From contig CAWKNZ010000007.1 of NCBI GenBank assembly GCA_963851265.1, forward strand, positions 352,001 to 416,000: a stretch of 64,000 nt of DNA. Direction: 5' to 3'. The translations under genes were made by a program, and so were the position numbers. The notes under the pieces were generated by a model. It saw only the letters and a program-made list of their open reading frames with translations, made no database searches and was not told the origin of the DNA. Positions within the stretch are counted from its first letter, which is position 1. The number at the start of each line of letters is the position of its first letter. Below are positions 18,115-27,905 of the stretch, piece by piece. This DNA comes from an uncultured Gemmatimonadales bacterium. GTDB taxonomy: Bacteria > Gemmatimonadota > Gemmatimonadetes > Gemmatimonadales > Gemmatimonadaceae.

Positions 18115-19362
18115 ATGTGCGCCGTGCACTCCGCCGTGGGTCGACAGGCCCGACCCATCCGCGTGTTCGCCTGGTGCGCTGGAATGCTCGCCGCTGTCGG
18201 CGCACTGCGGCCTGCCCGCGGTGGCGCCCAGGCCCGCGTGGTCAGCGAGCTGGGACAGCAGATCGGACAGACGGTTAGCCTCGGCCTCGACGTGGGCGCG
18301 TCGCAGGTCACCTACGACGATTACGGCACGTCGCGCGTTGGCAGCGTGACGCCGAGCGTGCGCTGGGAGACGGGCCGGTCGATGGTCATCGCGAACGCCT
18401 CGCTGTCGCAGTTCGAGAGCGGGCGCACGAGTCTGCAGAGCGGCGTCTCCGGCTCGCTGCTCTCGCCCGAGTTCTGGAACCTGCGCGGCGAGGTGTACGG
18501 CACCTTCTCCAACACACGGTACCTGTCGTCGCTCGCCGCGACGAACATCTACGGCGTTGGGCGCCTGCATTTCGTCGGCAACGGCGTCGGCGCGTGGGTC
18601 GGCGGCGGCGGCGGATTCGTCTCCCAGAATTCCGGCCTCCCGCGGTCGATCGCGCAGGCCGACGCCGGCCTTTGGGCGCGCGACGAGGGCGTCCAGTACA
18701 CGCTCACGGTGCTCCCGACGCGCGTGGGGCCGTGGAGCTACACCGACGTGACCGGCGGCGTCCGTTGGGAGGGCACACGCGGCGAGCTCGCGCTCACCAC
18801 GGGGTACCGGGCGCATCCGAGCGACTCGGTACCGGGACTGCAGGCGTGGGCCGAGGCGTGGCTCACCGTCTGGCTGGGCCGGCGCGTGGCCGTGGTGACC
18901 GGCGCCGGCATGTACCCCTTCGACGCCGTGCAGGGATTGCCTGGCGGACGGTACGCGTCAGCCGGACTCCGGCTCGTGACGCGCCGCCCGCCCGTAGGCG
19001 ACCCCGCGGTCCGCGCGGAACTCACCGAGCTGTACGAGCTGCGCCGCCTCGAACGCGCCGCCCGCGGGCGCACGGCGGTCGAACGCTTCCAGATTCGCGA
19101 CAACGCCGACGGCACCCACGAACTCCACTTCCGCGTCGCCGGTGCGAGCCGGGTCGAGATCATGGCCGACTTCACGGACTGGACGCCGGTGCCGCTCGCC
19201 CGCACCGGCGTGGTCGAAGATTGGGGGATCACGCTCCCGATCGGCCGCGGCGTACACCGCGTGAACGTGCGCGTCGACGACCGGGACTGGGAAGTGCCCG
19301 ACGGGCTGACGGCCGTTCGCGACGACTTCGGCGGGGCGGTCGGCATCCTCGTCGTCCGCTGA
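18115..19362 (+). CDS. exported beta-strand-rich (putative outer-membrane barrel) protein with C-terminal CBM48 / E-set domain
   Basis: Signal-like N-terminus; amphipathic strands rich in aromatics and Gly; C-terminal VEIMADFTDWTPVPL..WGITLPI..VNVRVDDRDW..DDFGG. Confidence 0.7.
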   Translation: MCAVHSAVGRQARPIRVFAWCAGMLAAVGALRPARGGAQARVVSELGQQIGQTVSLGLDVGASQVTYDDYGTSRVGSVTPSVRWETGRSMVIANASLSQFESGRTSLQSGVSGSLLSPEFWNLRGEVYGTFSNTRYLSSLAATNIYGVGRLHFVGNGVGAWVGGGGGFVSQNSGLPRSIAQADAGLWARDEGVQYTLTVLPTRVGPWSYTDVTGGVRWEGTRGELALTTGYRAHPSDSVPGLQAWAEAWLTVWLGRRVAVVTGAGMYPFDAVQGLPGGRYASAGLRLVTRRPPVGDPAVRAELTELYELRRLERAARGRTAVERFQIRDNADGTHELHFRVAGASRVEIMADFTDWTPVPLARTGVVEDWGITLPIGRGVHRVNVRVDDRDWEVPDGLTAVRDDFGGAVGILVVR

Positions 19363-19439
19363 CTCCGGCGACGCGCGCGGCTTAGGTTCGCAGCACGGCC
19401 CAGATGAGCGGCCGCTCGCCATACCCCGCCCACCTCGTC

Positions 19440-21989
19440 ATGTCACAGCACGTCGCGGCGCCGCGCGCCGCGTGTTCATCCGCGGTCCGTTCCCGTTCGA
19501 CCACGACGCGCGCGGCCGCGACGCTCGCCCTCGGCATAGGCTCCGCTGCGGGTCTCGCCGCGCCCGCCCGGGGCGCCGCGGCGCAGACGTCCGCCGCGCC
19601 GGCGCCCGTCGCGACCGCGGACCCGTCGCGCCTAACGGTCGAGCGGATCTTCGGCCGCGGGGAGTTCGCGGTCGGCGGCGCGCCCGGGCTGCAGTGGTTG
19701 CGCGACGGGCGCGCCTACGTGGAGGTGCGACCGGCCGCGGGCGGCGTCGACATCGTGCGCGTCGACGCGGCAACCGGCGCGGCGACGGTGCTCGTGCCGG
19801 CCGGCGCGCTGCGCGACGAGGCGGGGCGCGCGATCGTCGTCGAGGACCTGCAGCTGTCGCCCGACGAGCGCAAGGCGCTGCTGTTCCACAACTCGGTCCG
19901 CGTGTGGCGGACCAACACCCGCGGGACCTTCCACGTCGTCGACCTCGACACGCGACGCGTCACCCCGATCGCCACCGTGACCACGCCCGGAAAGCCGTCG
20001 GCCGCCGCCGCGAACGCGCCGAGCACGGCGGGCGGCGGCGCGGCCAGCTCGGGCATCCGCGTGCGGATCACCGCCGGGCGACGCGACACGGTCGGCGGGC
20101 AGGCGTTGGGCCAGCGCACCGCCGGGGTGCCCGCCGGTGCGCCGAGCTTCATCGGCCGTGGGCTGGCGAGCGGCGCGGTCGACGCCGACCTCCAGATGTT
20201 CGCCAAGTTCTCGCCCGACTCGCGGTCGGTCGCGTTCGTGCGGGGCAACAATCTGTGGGTGACCGACCTCGCGACCGGCCGCGCGACCCGCCTGACGTAC
20301 GACGGCTCGGACGACGTGATCAACGGCACCACCGACTGGGTGTACGAGGAGGAGCTCGGGCTACGCGACGCGTTCCGCTGGAGCCCCGACTCGCGGCGGA
20401 TCGCGTACTGGCGCTTCGACCAGACGGCCGTGCCTGCGTACCCGATCAACGACGAGACCGACGGCCAGTACCCGACGGTGAGTGTGCTGCGCTACCCGAA
20501 GGCCGGTGCGCCGAACTCGCGCGTGAAGGTCGGCGTCGTCGCGGCCGCGGGCGGCGGCCCCACGCGGTGGCTCGCGGTGGGCGCCGACACCGGCCAGTAC
20601 GTGCCGCAGATGGAGTGGCTCGGCACGGACTCGGTCGCCGTGATCCGCATGCCGCGGCGCCAGAACCGGCTCGACGTGCTGCTGGCGAGCGCGACGACCG
20701 GTGGCGTGCGCGAGGTCGTGAGCGACGTGGATTCCGCGTACGTCGACGTCGAAGGGAGCCCGGTGACGTGGATCGACGGCGGGCGGCGGTTCCTGCTCCG
20801 CAGCGACCGCACCGGGTGGCGCGGCTTCCACCTGTACGACCGCAGCGGGCGCTTCGTGCGGCAGGTCACGCCCGACGGCGCGGACTATCTCGAGGTCGCC
20901 GGCGTCGATTCCGCGCGCGGGTTCGCGTACGTGAGCGCGGCCGCGCCGACGCCCACGCAACGCAACCTGTACCGGTGCGCGATCGCGCCCGCGTCGAACG
21001 CTGCCCCCGCGTGCGCGCGGCTCACGCCGGCCGACGGCACGCACGCCGTCGAGATCGCGCCGGGCAACACGTACGCGATCGACACCTACAGCACCGCGGC
21101 GCGGCCGCCCGTCGCGTCGATGCTCTCGCTGGCGGCGGGGGGCGAGGCGTCGGTCGCGCTGCGCCCCGCGCGCGTGCTCGAGGACAACGCGGCGGTAGCG
21201 TCGCGGCTGGCCGCACTGGGCATCAGCGCGCCGCAGTTCTTCCGCGTCCCGACGCCCGACGGCACGCTGCTGGATGCCTACCGCATCGTGCCGGCTCGCT
21301 TCGACAGCGCCGCGCGGCACCCGGTGCTGATGTACGTCTACGGCGGGCCCGCGGCGCCACAGGTGAGCGACGCGTGGGGCGGCTCGCGGCTGATGTGGCA
21401 CCAGATGCTGGCGCAGCAGGGCTACGTCGTGGTGGTCGTCGACAACCGCGGCGCGGCCTGGCGCGGGCGCGCGTTCCGCAAGGGGACGCAGGGGCGGCTC
21501 GGCGTGCAGGAGTCGCAGGACCAGATCGACGCGGCGCGCTGGGTGGCGCGGCAGTCGTGGGCCGACCCCGCGCGCGTGGGGCTGTGGGGGTGGAGCTACG
21601 GCGGCTACATGACCGCGCTCACGCTCGCGCGCGGCGGCAGCGTGTTCAAGGCGGGCATCGCGGTCGCGCCGGTCGTCGACTGGCGCTTCTACGATTCGAT
21701 CTACACGGAGCGTTACATGTCGACGCCGCAAGCGAACCCGAACGGCTACCAGCTCAGCGCGGTCGCGTCGTACGTCGGCAACATGGCCGCGCGCCTGCTG
21801 CTCGTGCACGGCACCGGCGACGACAACGTGCACCCGCAGAACGCGCTCGTCCTCGCACAGGCGCTCGAGAACGCCAACAAGCCGTTCACGATGCTGCTGT
21901 ACCCCAACAAGACGCACAGCATCAGCGGCGGGCGCACGCAGGTGCACCTCTTCGGCTCGCTCACCCGCTTCGTTCTCGACAATCTGTGA
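19440..21989 (+). CDS. S9 family dipeptidyl peptidase IV-like protein
   Basis: DWVYEEE, YPKAG, VYGGP, GWSYGG, YTERYM, HGTGDDNVH, NKTH. Confidence 0.92.
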   Translation: MSQHVAAPRAACSSAVRSRSTTTRAAATLALGIGSAAGLAAPARGAAAQTSAAPAPVATADPSRLTVERIFGRGEFAVGGAPGLQWLRDGRAYVEVRPAAGGVDIVRVDAATGAATVLVPAGALRDEAGRAIVVEDLQLSPDERKALLFHNSVRVWRTNTRGTFHVVDLDTRRVTPIATVTTPGKPSAAAANAPSTAGGGAASSGIRVRITAGRRDTVGGQALGQRTAGVPAGAPSFIGRGLASGAVDADLQMFAKFSPDSRSVAFVRGNNLWVTDLATGRATRLTYDGSDDVINGTTDWVYEEELGLRDAFRWSPDSRRIAYWRFDQTAVPAYPINDETDGQYPTVSVLRYPKAGAPNSRVKVGVVAAAGGGPTRWLAVGADTGQYVPQMEWLGTDSVAVIRMPRRQNRLDVLLASATTGGVREVVSDVDSAYVDVEGSPVTWIDGGRRFLLRSDRTGWRGFHLYDRSGRFVRQVTPDGADYLEVAGVDSARGFAYVSAAAPTPTQRNLYRCAIAPASNAAPACARLTPADGTHAVEIAPGNTYAIDTYSTAARPPVASMLSLAAGGEASVALRPARVLEDNAAVASRLAALGISAPQFFRVPTPDGTLLDAYRIVPARFDSAARHPVLMYVYGGPAAPQVSDAWGGSRLMWHQMLAQQGYVVVVVDNRGAAWRGRAFRKGTQGRLGVQESQDQIDAARWVARQSWADPARVGLWGWSYGGYMTALTLARGGSVFKAGIAVAPVVDWRFYDSIYTERYMSTPQANPNGYQLSAVASYVGNMAARLLLVHGTGDDNVHPQNALVLAQALENANKPFTMLLYPNKTHSISGGRTQVHLFGSLTRFVLDNL

Positions 21990-23737
21990 GGTACGCCGCG
22001 CGCTGGACCGCGGCGGCCGGCCTCGCGATGGGCGCCTGTGCCGGGCGCGCGCGCCCGGGCGTCGCCCCCGGCGCGGCGCCAGGCGGGGCGCCGCCGGAGC
22101 AGGCGGCTGCGGCGCGCGTCCTCGCGGCGCGGGCGCGCTACGCCCCGCGCCCGCTCACGCGCGCCGAACGGAGCGGGTACGCCGAAACGTCGCGCTACGC
22201 CGACGTGGTCGCGTTCGTCGACTCCCTGGCCGCGCTCGCGCCCGCGGTGCTGCGCGTCGGCAGCATGGGGACGACGGGCGAGGGGCGCGAGATCCCGGTG
22301 GTGGTCGCGTCGCGCCCGGCGGTCGCGACGCCCGACGACGCGCGGCGCCTCGGCCGTCCGGTGGTGTACGTGCAGGCCAACATCCACGCCGGCGAGGTGG
22401 AGGGGAAGGAGGCGCTGCAGATGCTGCTGCGCGACCTCGCGCTCGCGCCGGCGCCTAACGTGCTCGACTCGCTCGTCCTCGTCGCCGTCCCGATCTACAA
22501 CGCCGACGGCAACGAGCGCGTGCGCGACCAGTCGATCAACCGTACCGAACAGAACGGCCCCGCGCTCGTGGGGCAGCGCCCGAACGCGGCCGGGCTCGAC
22601 CTCAACCGCGACTACATCAAGGCGGAGGCGCCCGAGACGCGCGCGGCGCTCGCGCTCATCAACCGATGGGACCCTGACGCGTTCGTCGACCTGCACACGA
22701 CCGACGGCTCGTACCACGGCTACGCGCTCACCTGGAGTCCGTCGCTCCATCCGTCGGCCCCGCTGGCCCCGTTCGCGCGGGACACCCTGCTGCCCCGCGT
22801 GGCCGAGCGGCTGCAGGCGCGCTGGGGGATTCCCACGTTCCCGTACGGCAACTTCGCCGAGGAGTACGGGGCCGACGTGAACGCCGACACGACCAAGCGG
22901 GGGTGGTACACGTACGACAGCCGGGCACGGTTCGGCACCAACTATTACGGGCTGCGCGGCCGCCTCTCGGTGCTGAGCGAGGCGTTCTCGCACGACCCGT
23001 TCGAGCGGCGCGTGCGGGCGACGTACGCATTCGTGGCGGAATTGCTCTCGGCCCTCGCCGGCAGCGAGACGCTCGCGCGGACGCGCGCCGGAGGCACAGG
23101 GGGCGGTGCGGTGGCGTTGCGGACGCACCTCACGCCCACGCCGCGGCGCGGCCCAGTGCTCGCCGAAGATCTCGAGCGCGCGCCGGACTCGGTGCGAACG
23201 CAGCCCGGGGTACCGCGCGGGCTGCGGCGGACGGGGCGCGTGCGGAGCCTCGAGTTGCCCATCTACGATCGGTTCGTGGCGACGCGCACCGCGAATCTGT
23301 CTGGGGGCGGGTGGGCGTTCAGCGCCGACGTGCCCGGGGCGGCGCAGGCCGCGGCACTGCTCCGACGCCACGGAATCACGGTCGAACAGGTCGCGCGCCC
23401 GCTGGCCCTGAGGACGCGCGTGTTCCGCATCGATTCCGTGGTGACGGCGACGCGGGCGTTCCAGGGGCATCACGAGGTGCGCGTCGAGGGCGCGTGGCGC
23501 GACGAGACGGGCGAGATGCCCGCGCGAAGCTACGTCGTGCCCGCGCAGGCGCGCATGCTGCTGGCCGCGGCGCTGCTCGAGCCCGAGGGCGACGACGGGC
23601 TGGTGACGTGGAACGTCTGGAACGACGCGCTACGTGCGGGGGGCGATTTCCCGGTCGTACGCATACGGGATCCGAGCGTTGGTCACGGAATGCTCGCGCC
23701 GCGGATCGATTCGGTGTCCGGGCCCGCGCGCCGCTGA
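21986..23737 (+). CDS. M14 family zinc metallocarboxypeptidase, probable lipoprotein
   Basis: 3' part of ORF 19472..23737; GTGA overlap with the S9 gene; IHAGEVEG, NADG, DLNRD, DLHTTDG. Confidence 0.85.
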   Translation: MRYAARWTAAAGLAMGACAGRARPGVAPGAAPGGAPPEQAAAARVLAARARYAPRPLTRAERSGYAETSRYADVVAFVDSLAALAPAVLRVGSMGTTGEGREIPVVVASRPAVATPDDARRLGRPVVYVQANIHAGEVEGKEALQMLLRDLALAPAPNVLDSLVLVAVPIYNADGNERVRDQSINRTEQNGPALVGQRPNAAGLDLNRDYIKAEAPETRAALALINRWDPDAFVDLHTTDGSYHGYALTWSPSLHPSAPLAPFARDTLLPRVAERLQARWGIPTFPYGNFAEEYGADVNADTTKRGWYTYDSRARFGTNYYGLRGRLSVLSEAFSHDPFERRVRATYAFVAELLSALAGSETLARTRAGGTGGGAVALRTHLTPTPRRGPVLAEDLERAPDSVRTQPGVPRGLRRTGRVRSLELPIYDRFVATRTANLSGGGWAFSADVPGAAQAAALLRRHGITVEQVARPLALRTRVFRIDSVVTATRAFQGHHEVRVEGAWRDETGEMPARSYVVPAQARMLLAAALLEPEGDDGLVTWNVWNDALRAGGDFPVVRIRDPSVGHGMLAPRIDSVSGPARR

Positions 23738-23801
23738 CACCCGGGCGGGCGTGCGCGCGTACGTCTCGCGTGTACGCCTTCTCACCCCCACGCGTGATCT
23801 C

Positions 23802-24185
23802 ATGGCCACCGAATACGGCACGCTCCTTTACGTCGGCATCCAGCGGTACGTCGTCGCTCTCGACCCCGCGACCGGCACCCGCCGGTGGAGCACCGAGCTC
23901 CCAGGTACGTCGCTCTTCACCGGCTTCGTGACCATCCACCTCGACGGCGCGCACGTGTATGCGGCAGCGGCAGGCGAGATCACCTGCCTCGACGCGGCCA
24001 CGGGCGCGGTCCGGTGGCACAACGCGCTCGAGGGCTACGGGTTCGGGTTCGCGACGCTCGCGACGGGGAGCGGGTCGTCGATGCCGACCGAGACGACCGC
24101 GAACGAGGCGAGCGCCGCCGCCGCGTCGTACGTCACCGACGCGACGGCCGCGGCTGCGGCTGGGGGAATCGCGGCGGCGCTGTAG
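23802..24185 (+). CDS. small PQQ-like beta-propeller repeat protein
   Basis: Two repeats: VVALDPATGTRRW and ITCLDAATGAVRW. Confidence 0.75.
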   Translation: MATEYGTLLYVGIQRYVVALDPATGTRRWSTELPGTSLFTGFVTIHLDGAHVYAAAAGEITCLDAATGAVRWHNALEGYGFGFATLATGSGSSMPTETTANEASAAAASYVTDATAAAAAGGIAAAL

Positions 24186-24193
24186 CCGTCGCG

Positions 24194-25156
24194 TCAGAAC
24201 CGAAGCACGTCGGCGTCCCGCAGTTCGGGCCACCGATCGAGTCGGGCTTCGGGAATGGCGAGGATGTTGTCCTGGACGTACTGGCCCGGCTGCAACCGGG
24301 TGAGCACGCCCCAGTTCCACACGAAGAAGAACCGGTAGCGCGGCCGCGGCAGCGAAGCGAGGTACTCGGTCGCGGCCGGGCTCGGATGGCCGGACGCCAA
24401 AGGCGCGGCGAACAAGTTGGCCTCGTAGGCCAACGTCGGCGCGTCCTCTCGGTCGAGTGTCCGGCGCGCGCCGCGGAAGACGAGGAGCTCGGCTCCCTCG
24501 ACGTCCACTTTCATGACGTCGGGGCGGCGCGCCTCGCCGGCGGCGATCAGGTCATCGAGACGGCGGAGCATGCACGACGTGGGTCGCGGCGGCCCGGCGT
24601 CGAGCGACGCGTACTCCGCCGACAGACTCGCGACCTCGCTCATCTCGGGGACAAACAGCGTCCCCGCGTCGTTGGTGTCGCAGAGCGCGTAACGCAGAAG
24701 CCGGGCATCCGCGAACCCCGCGAGCGATCGTTCCAGGTTGCTCGCCATGTTGGGGTTCGGCTCGAAGACGACGACGTGCCCGTCGGGGCCCACCATCGTG
24801 GCAAGCGCGACCGAGATGAAGCCGCGATTCGCGCCGACGTCGAGCGCCGTGTCGCCAGGTCGTGTCACGTGGCGCAGTACGCGCACCAGCGGCCCATCCT
24901 GCGGCACTTCGGCGTGCGGCGACCCGCGAACGAGCGCGACACTGTTGCGGTCGCGCAGGTCGACGTACACCGGCTGAAATCCTTCGCAGCGCACCGGGAC
25001 CGATTGCAGCGCCGGAGTGCGCCCGGCAAGCGCGCGCACCAGGCGGCCGCCGCCACGCCATCGCGTCCGCAGATACGTTTGCACCAAACGCGTCGTGATG
25101 GAGAGACGATTGTCACGGAACACGCGAGCGTTCGAAATCGTCGGATAAACGTCCAC
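24194..25156 (-). CDS. FkbM family methyltransferase
   Basis: ALDVGANRG, VFEPNP, RRLDD, VMKVDVEGAE. Start codon uncertain. Confidence 0.85.
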   Translation of the reverse strand: MDVYPTISNARVFRDNRLSITTRLVQTYLRTRWRGGGRLVRALAGRTPALQSVPVRCEGFQPVYVDLRDRNSVALVRGSPHAEVPQDGPLVRVLRHVTRPGDTALDVGANRGFISVALATMVGPDGHVVVFEPNPNMASNLERSLAGFADARLLRYALCDTNDAGTLFVPEMSEVASLSAEYASLDAGPPRPTSCMLRRLDDLIAAGEARRPDVMKVDVEGAELLVFRGARRTLDREDAPTLAYEANLFAAPLASGHPSPAATEYLASLPRPRYRFFFVWNWGVLTRLQPGQYVQDNILAIPEARLDRWPELRDADVLRF

Positions 25157-25275
25157 CAGATCACCCTCGGGCGTGTGGGACGCGGCCAATATATTCCCGC
25201 GGCGCGGCCGCGCACCCCTCTCCGGAGCCCCTCGGAAGCGGCGGGTTCCCGACACGGCCGCCGTTCCCCGACTCG

Positions 25276-26328
25276 ATGCTCCGCAGCGCCCTCCTGTACC
25301 TCAGCAACCAGCAACAGGTCTTCGACTTCGTCCGCCACAACGGCCTCGCGAAGAAGCTTGCGTCGCGCTTCGTCGCCGGCGAGGACGTCGAGCCCGCCCT
25401 CGACGCCGTCGGCGCGCTCAACGCGAAGCGCATCACCGCCTCGCTCGACCTGCTCGGCGAGAGCGTGACCAACGAGGCCGAGGCGCGCGAAGCGGGGCGG
25501 CAGTACGTGCACCTGCTCGACCGCATCCGCGATCGCGCGCTCGACGCGAACGTCAGCCTGAAGCTGACCGCGATGGGCCTCGACATCTCCGAGGAGCTCT
25601 GCATCGAGGTCCTCGGCGCCGTGCTCGGCCGCGCGCGCGACTACGGCACGTTCGTCCGCCTCGACATGGAGTCGAGCGCCTACACCGAGCGCACGCTCCG
25701 GCTGTTCTACGACCGCCTCTACCCGGCGTACCCGGAGAACGTCGGAATCGTGCTCCAGAGCTACCTGTACCGCACCGACCAGGACGCGGCCGACGCGGCG
25801 CGCGCGGGCGCGCGCGTCCGCGTCTGCAAGGGCGCGTACAAGGAGCCGCCGTCGGTCGCGTACCCCGAGAAGGCCGACGTCGACGCGAGCTTCGTGCGCG
25901 CGATGCACACGCTGATGCGCGACGGGCGCTACCCGGGTCTCGCCACGCACGACGAGGCGATCATCGCGGAGGCGAAGCGGTTCGCGCGCGCCGAGGGGAT
26001 CGCGCCGGACCGCTACGAGTTCCAGATGCTCTACGGCGTCCGCCGCGACCTGCAGGAGCAACTCGTGCGCGACGGGTACCGGCTGCGCGTGTACGTGCCG
26101 TTCGGCACGTCGTGGTACCCGTACCTGATGCGCCGCCTCGCGGAGCGCCCGGCGAACCTGATGTTCATGACGGGCAACGTGCTGAAGGAGGCGGTCGCCG
26201 GCGGCCGCGGGGCGAACGGGACGCACGGCGCCAACGGCGGAGGCCTCACGAGCGCGGGCGTGACGGGCGCCGGCGCGCGGCGCGACGCCGGCGCCGACGT
26301 CGCCGGCCCGGGCGCGGACCGTCGTTAG
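25276..26328 (+). CDS. monofunctional proline dehydrogenase
   Basis: RFVAGE, DLLGE, SLKLT, RLDME, CKGAYKE, ATHD, EFQMLYG, YVPFG, RRLAERPAN. Confidence 0.92.
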   Translation: MLRSALLYLSNQQQVFDFVRHNGLAKKLASRFVAGEDVEPALDAVGALNAKRITASLDLLGESVTNEAEAREAGRQYVHLLDRIRDRALDANVSLKLTAMGLDISEELCIEVLGAVLGRARDYGTFVRLDMESSAYTERTLRLFYDRLYPAYPENVGIVLQSYLYRTDQDAADAARAGARVRVCKGAYKEPPSVAYPEKADVDASFVRAMHTLMRDGRYPGLATHDEAIIAEAKRFARAEGIAPDRYEFQMLYGVRRDLQEQLVRDGYRLRVYVPFGTSWYPYLMRRLAERPANLMFMTGNVLKEAVAGGRGANGTHGANGGGLTSAGVTGAGARRDAGADVAGPGADRR

Positions 26329-26332
26329 GCGC

Positions 26333-26755
26333 ATGGCGGCGGACGCGAGCGGGCTCCACCTGCCGCCCGACCCCGCCGCGGGCGACGAGTCGACCGTCGG
26401 CGGATACGCCGCCGTGCACGGGCGCCCGGCGGCGTTCGAGGGACCGGACGGCTTCGCCTACAGCGTCGAGCCGAGCGCCGACGAGACGGGCGAGCGAGGC
26501 GCGCCGTGGGGCGGGTACTTCCTGTTCCTCCGGTGGCGCCGCGTGGGCGCGTCGGGCGTCGACGGGCACCTCGAGAGCGACTTCGTCGTGCGCGCCGCGA
26601 CCGAGGCCGACGCGCTCGCCGCGCTCGGTCGCGTGCCGCTCCTCACCGCGAAGGCCACGCTCGACACGCTCGTGCGCAAGCGCGCCGGCGGCACCCCCAC
26701 CCGCCGCTGGTGGGACGTGATGCGCGATGAGGACGTCCGGGGGCAGGGCGAATGA
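26333..26755 (+). CDS. hypothetical protein
   Basis: Tightly packed between proline dehydrogenase and rsgA (ATGA overlap); protein-like composition. Confidence 0.7.
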   Translation: MAADASGLHLPPDPAAGDESTVGGYAAVHGRPAAFEGPDGFAYSVEPSADETGERGAPWGGYFLFLRWRRVGASGVDGHLESDFVVRAATEADALAALGRVPLLTAKATLDTLVRKRAGGTPTRRWWDVMRDEDVRGQGE

Positions 26756-27858
26756 CGGCCGACGCGCCCGCTGACCTGGACGCGGTTCCGATTGTCGGCA
26801 CGGTGCTCTCGGGGACCGGCGGGGTGTGGCGCGTGCTCGGCGACGACGGGGCGGTGCGCGAGGCCTCGCTCCGCGGTCGGCTCAAGAAGAGCGGCGAAGG
26901 GCGGCGGGTGGACGGATCGATGCGGCGCGACACGATTGCGGCGGCCGAACGGGTGCTCAAACTCGCGGTCGGCGACCGCGTCGCGATCGAGCCCGACGTG
27001 CGTGCCGGCGGCGGCGCCCAGGGGGCGTGGGCGATCGACGACATCATGCCGCGTCGCAGCAAGCTCGCGCGCCGCGTGCCGGGCGGCGGGTACGGCGAGC
27101 GCGTGGTCGCGGCCAACGTCGACCAGGTGGTCGTGGTCTTCGCGGCCGCCAGGCCCGAACCGCATCCGCGCATGCTCGACCGCTTCCTGCTCGTCGCCGA
27201 GGCCAACGCGCTCGCGGCGCGCGTGGTGATCAACAAGTGCGAGCTCGCCGGCGCGGGGGATTCCGAGCGCGGGGCCGATGCCGTGCGCGCGCGCTTCGCA
27301 GCGTACGAGGCCGCCGGCTACACGGTGCACGCGACGAGCGTGGCCACGGGCTACGGGCTCGGCCCGCTGCGCGACGCCCTCGTCGGCCGCACGTCCGCGC
27401 TCACGGGGCCGAGCGGGGTAGGGAAGTCCTCGCTCATGAACGCGCTGTTCCCGGGGCTCGACCTGCGCGTGGGGGCGATCTCGGAGAGCGTCAACAAGGG
27501 GCGCCACACCACCGTCGGCGCGCTGCTCCACCCGCTCCCCGCGTCGGCCGGGCGCGCGTTAGGCGGCGACCCGGCCGCGGCCGGTGCCGCGGGCCCGGCG
27601 CGCGGGTTCGTCGTCGACACGCCCGGCCTCCGCGAGGTCGGACTCTGGGGGCTGCCGGCCGAACGCCTCGACGCCTGCTTCCCCGAGTTCCGCCCGTACC
27701 TGGGCGAGTGCCGGTTCGCCGACTGCGCGCACGGGGCGGAGCCCGACTGCGCGGTGCGGACGGCGGTCGATCGCGGGCTGGTCAGCTCGGAGCGGTACGA
27801 GAGCTACCGCAAGCTCCGCCAGGAGGCCGTCGAGGGAACCCCGCCCGAGTGGGCGTGA
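26752..27858 (+). CDS. rsgA: ribosome small subunit-dependent GTPase A
   Basis: AVGD, ANVDQ, NKCE, GPSGVGKSS, GRHTT, DTPG, CRFADCAHGAEPDC. Confidence 0.95.
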   Translation: MTADAPADLDAVPIVGTVLSGTGGVWRVLGDDGAVREASLRGRLKKSGEGRRVDGSMRRDTIAAAERVLKLAVGDRVAIEPDVRAGGGAQGAWAIDDIMPRRSKLARRVPGGGYGERVVAANVDQVVVVFAAARPEPHPRMLDRFLLVAEANALAARVVINKCELAGAGDSERGADAVRARFAAYEAAGYTVHATSVATGYGLGPLRDALVGRTSALTGPSGVGKSSLMNALFPGLDLRVGAISESVNKGRHTTVGALLHPLPASAGRALGGDPAAAGAAGPARGFVVDTPGLREVGLWGLPAERLDACFPEFRPYLGECRFADCAHGAEPDCAVRTAVDRGLVSSERYESYRKLRQEAVEGTPPEWA

Positions 27859-27905
27859 TACCAGTAGGATCGCGCCCGCCGCACGCCCGTCCCGCGCCCA
27901 GACTC

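Noticed and set aside
19472..21985. Apparent 1421-aa protein
   Set aside because: The first 838 codons are an off-frame shadow of the S9 peptidase; the real M14 gene starts near 21986.
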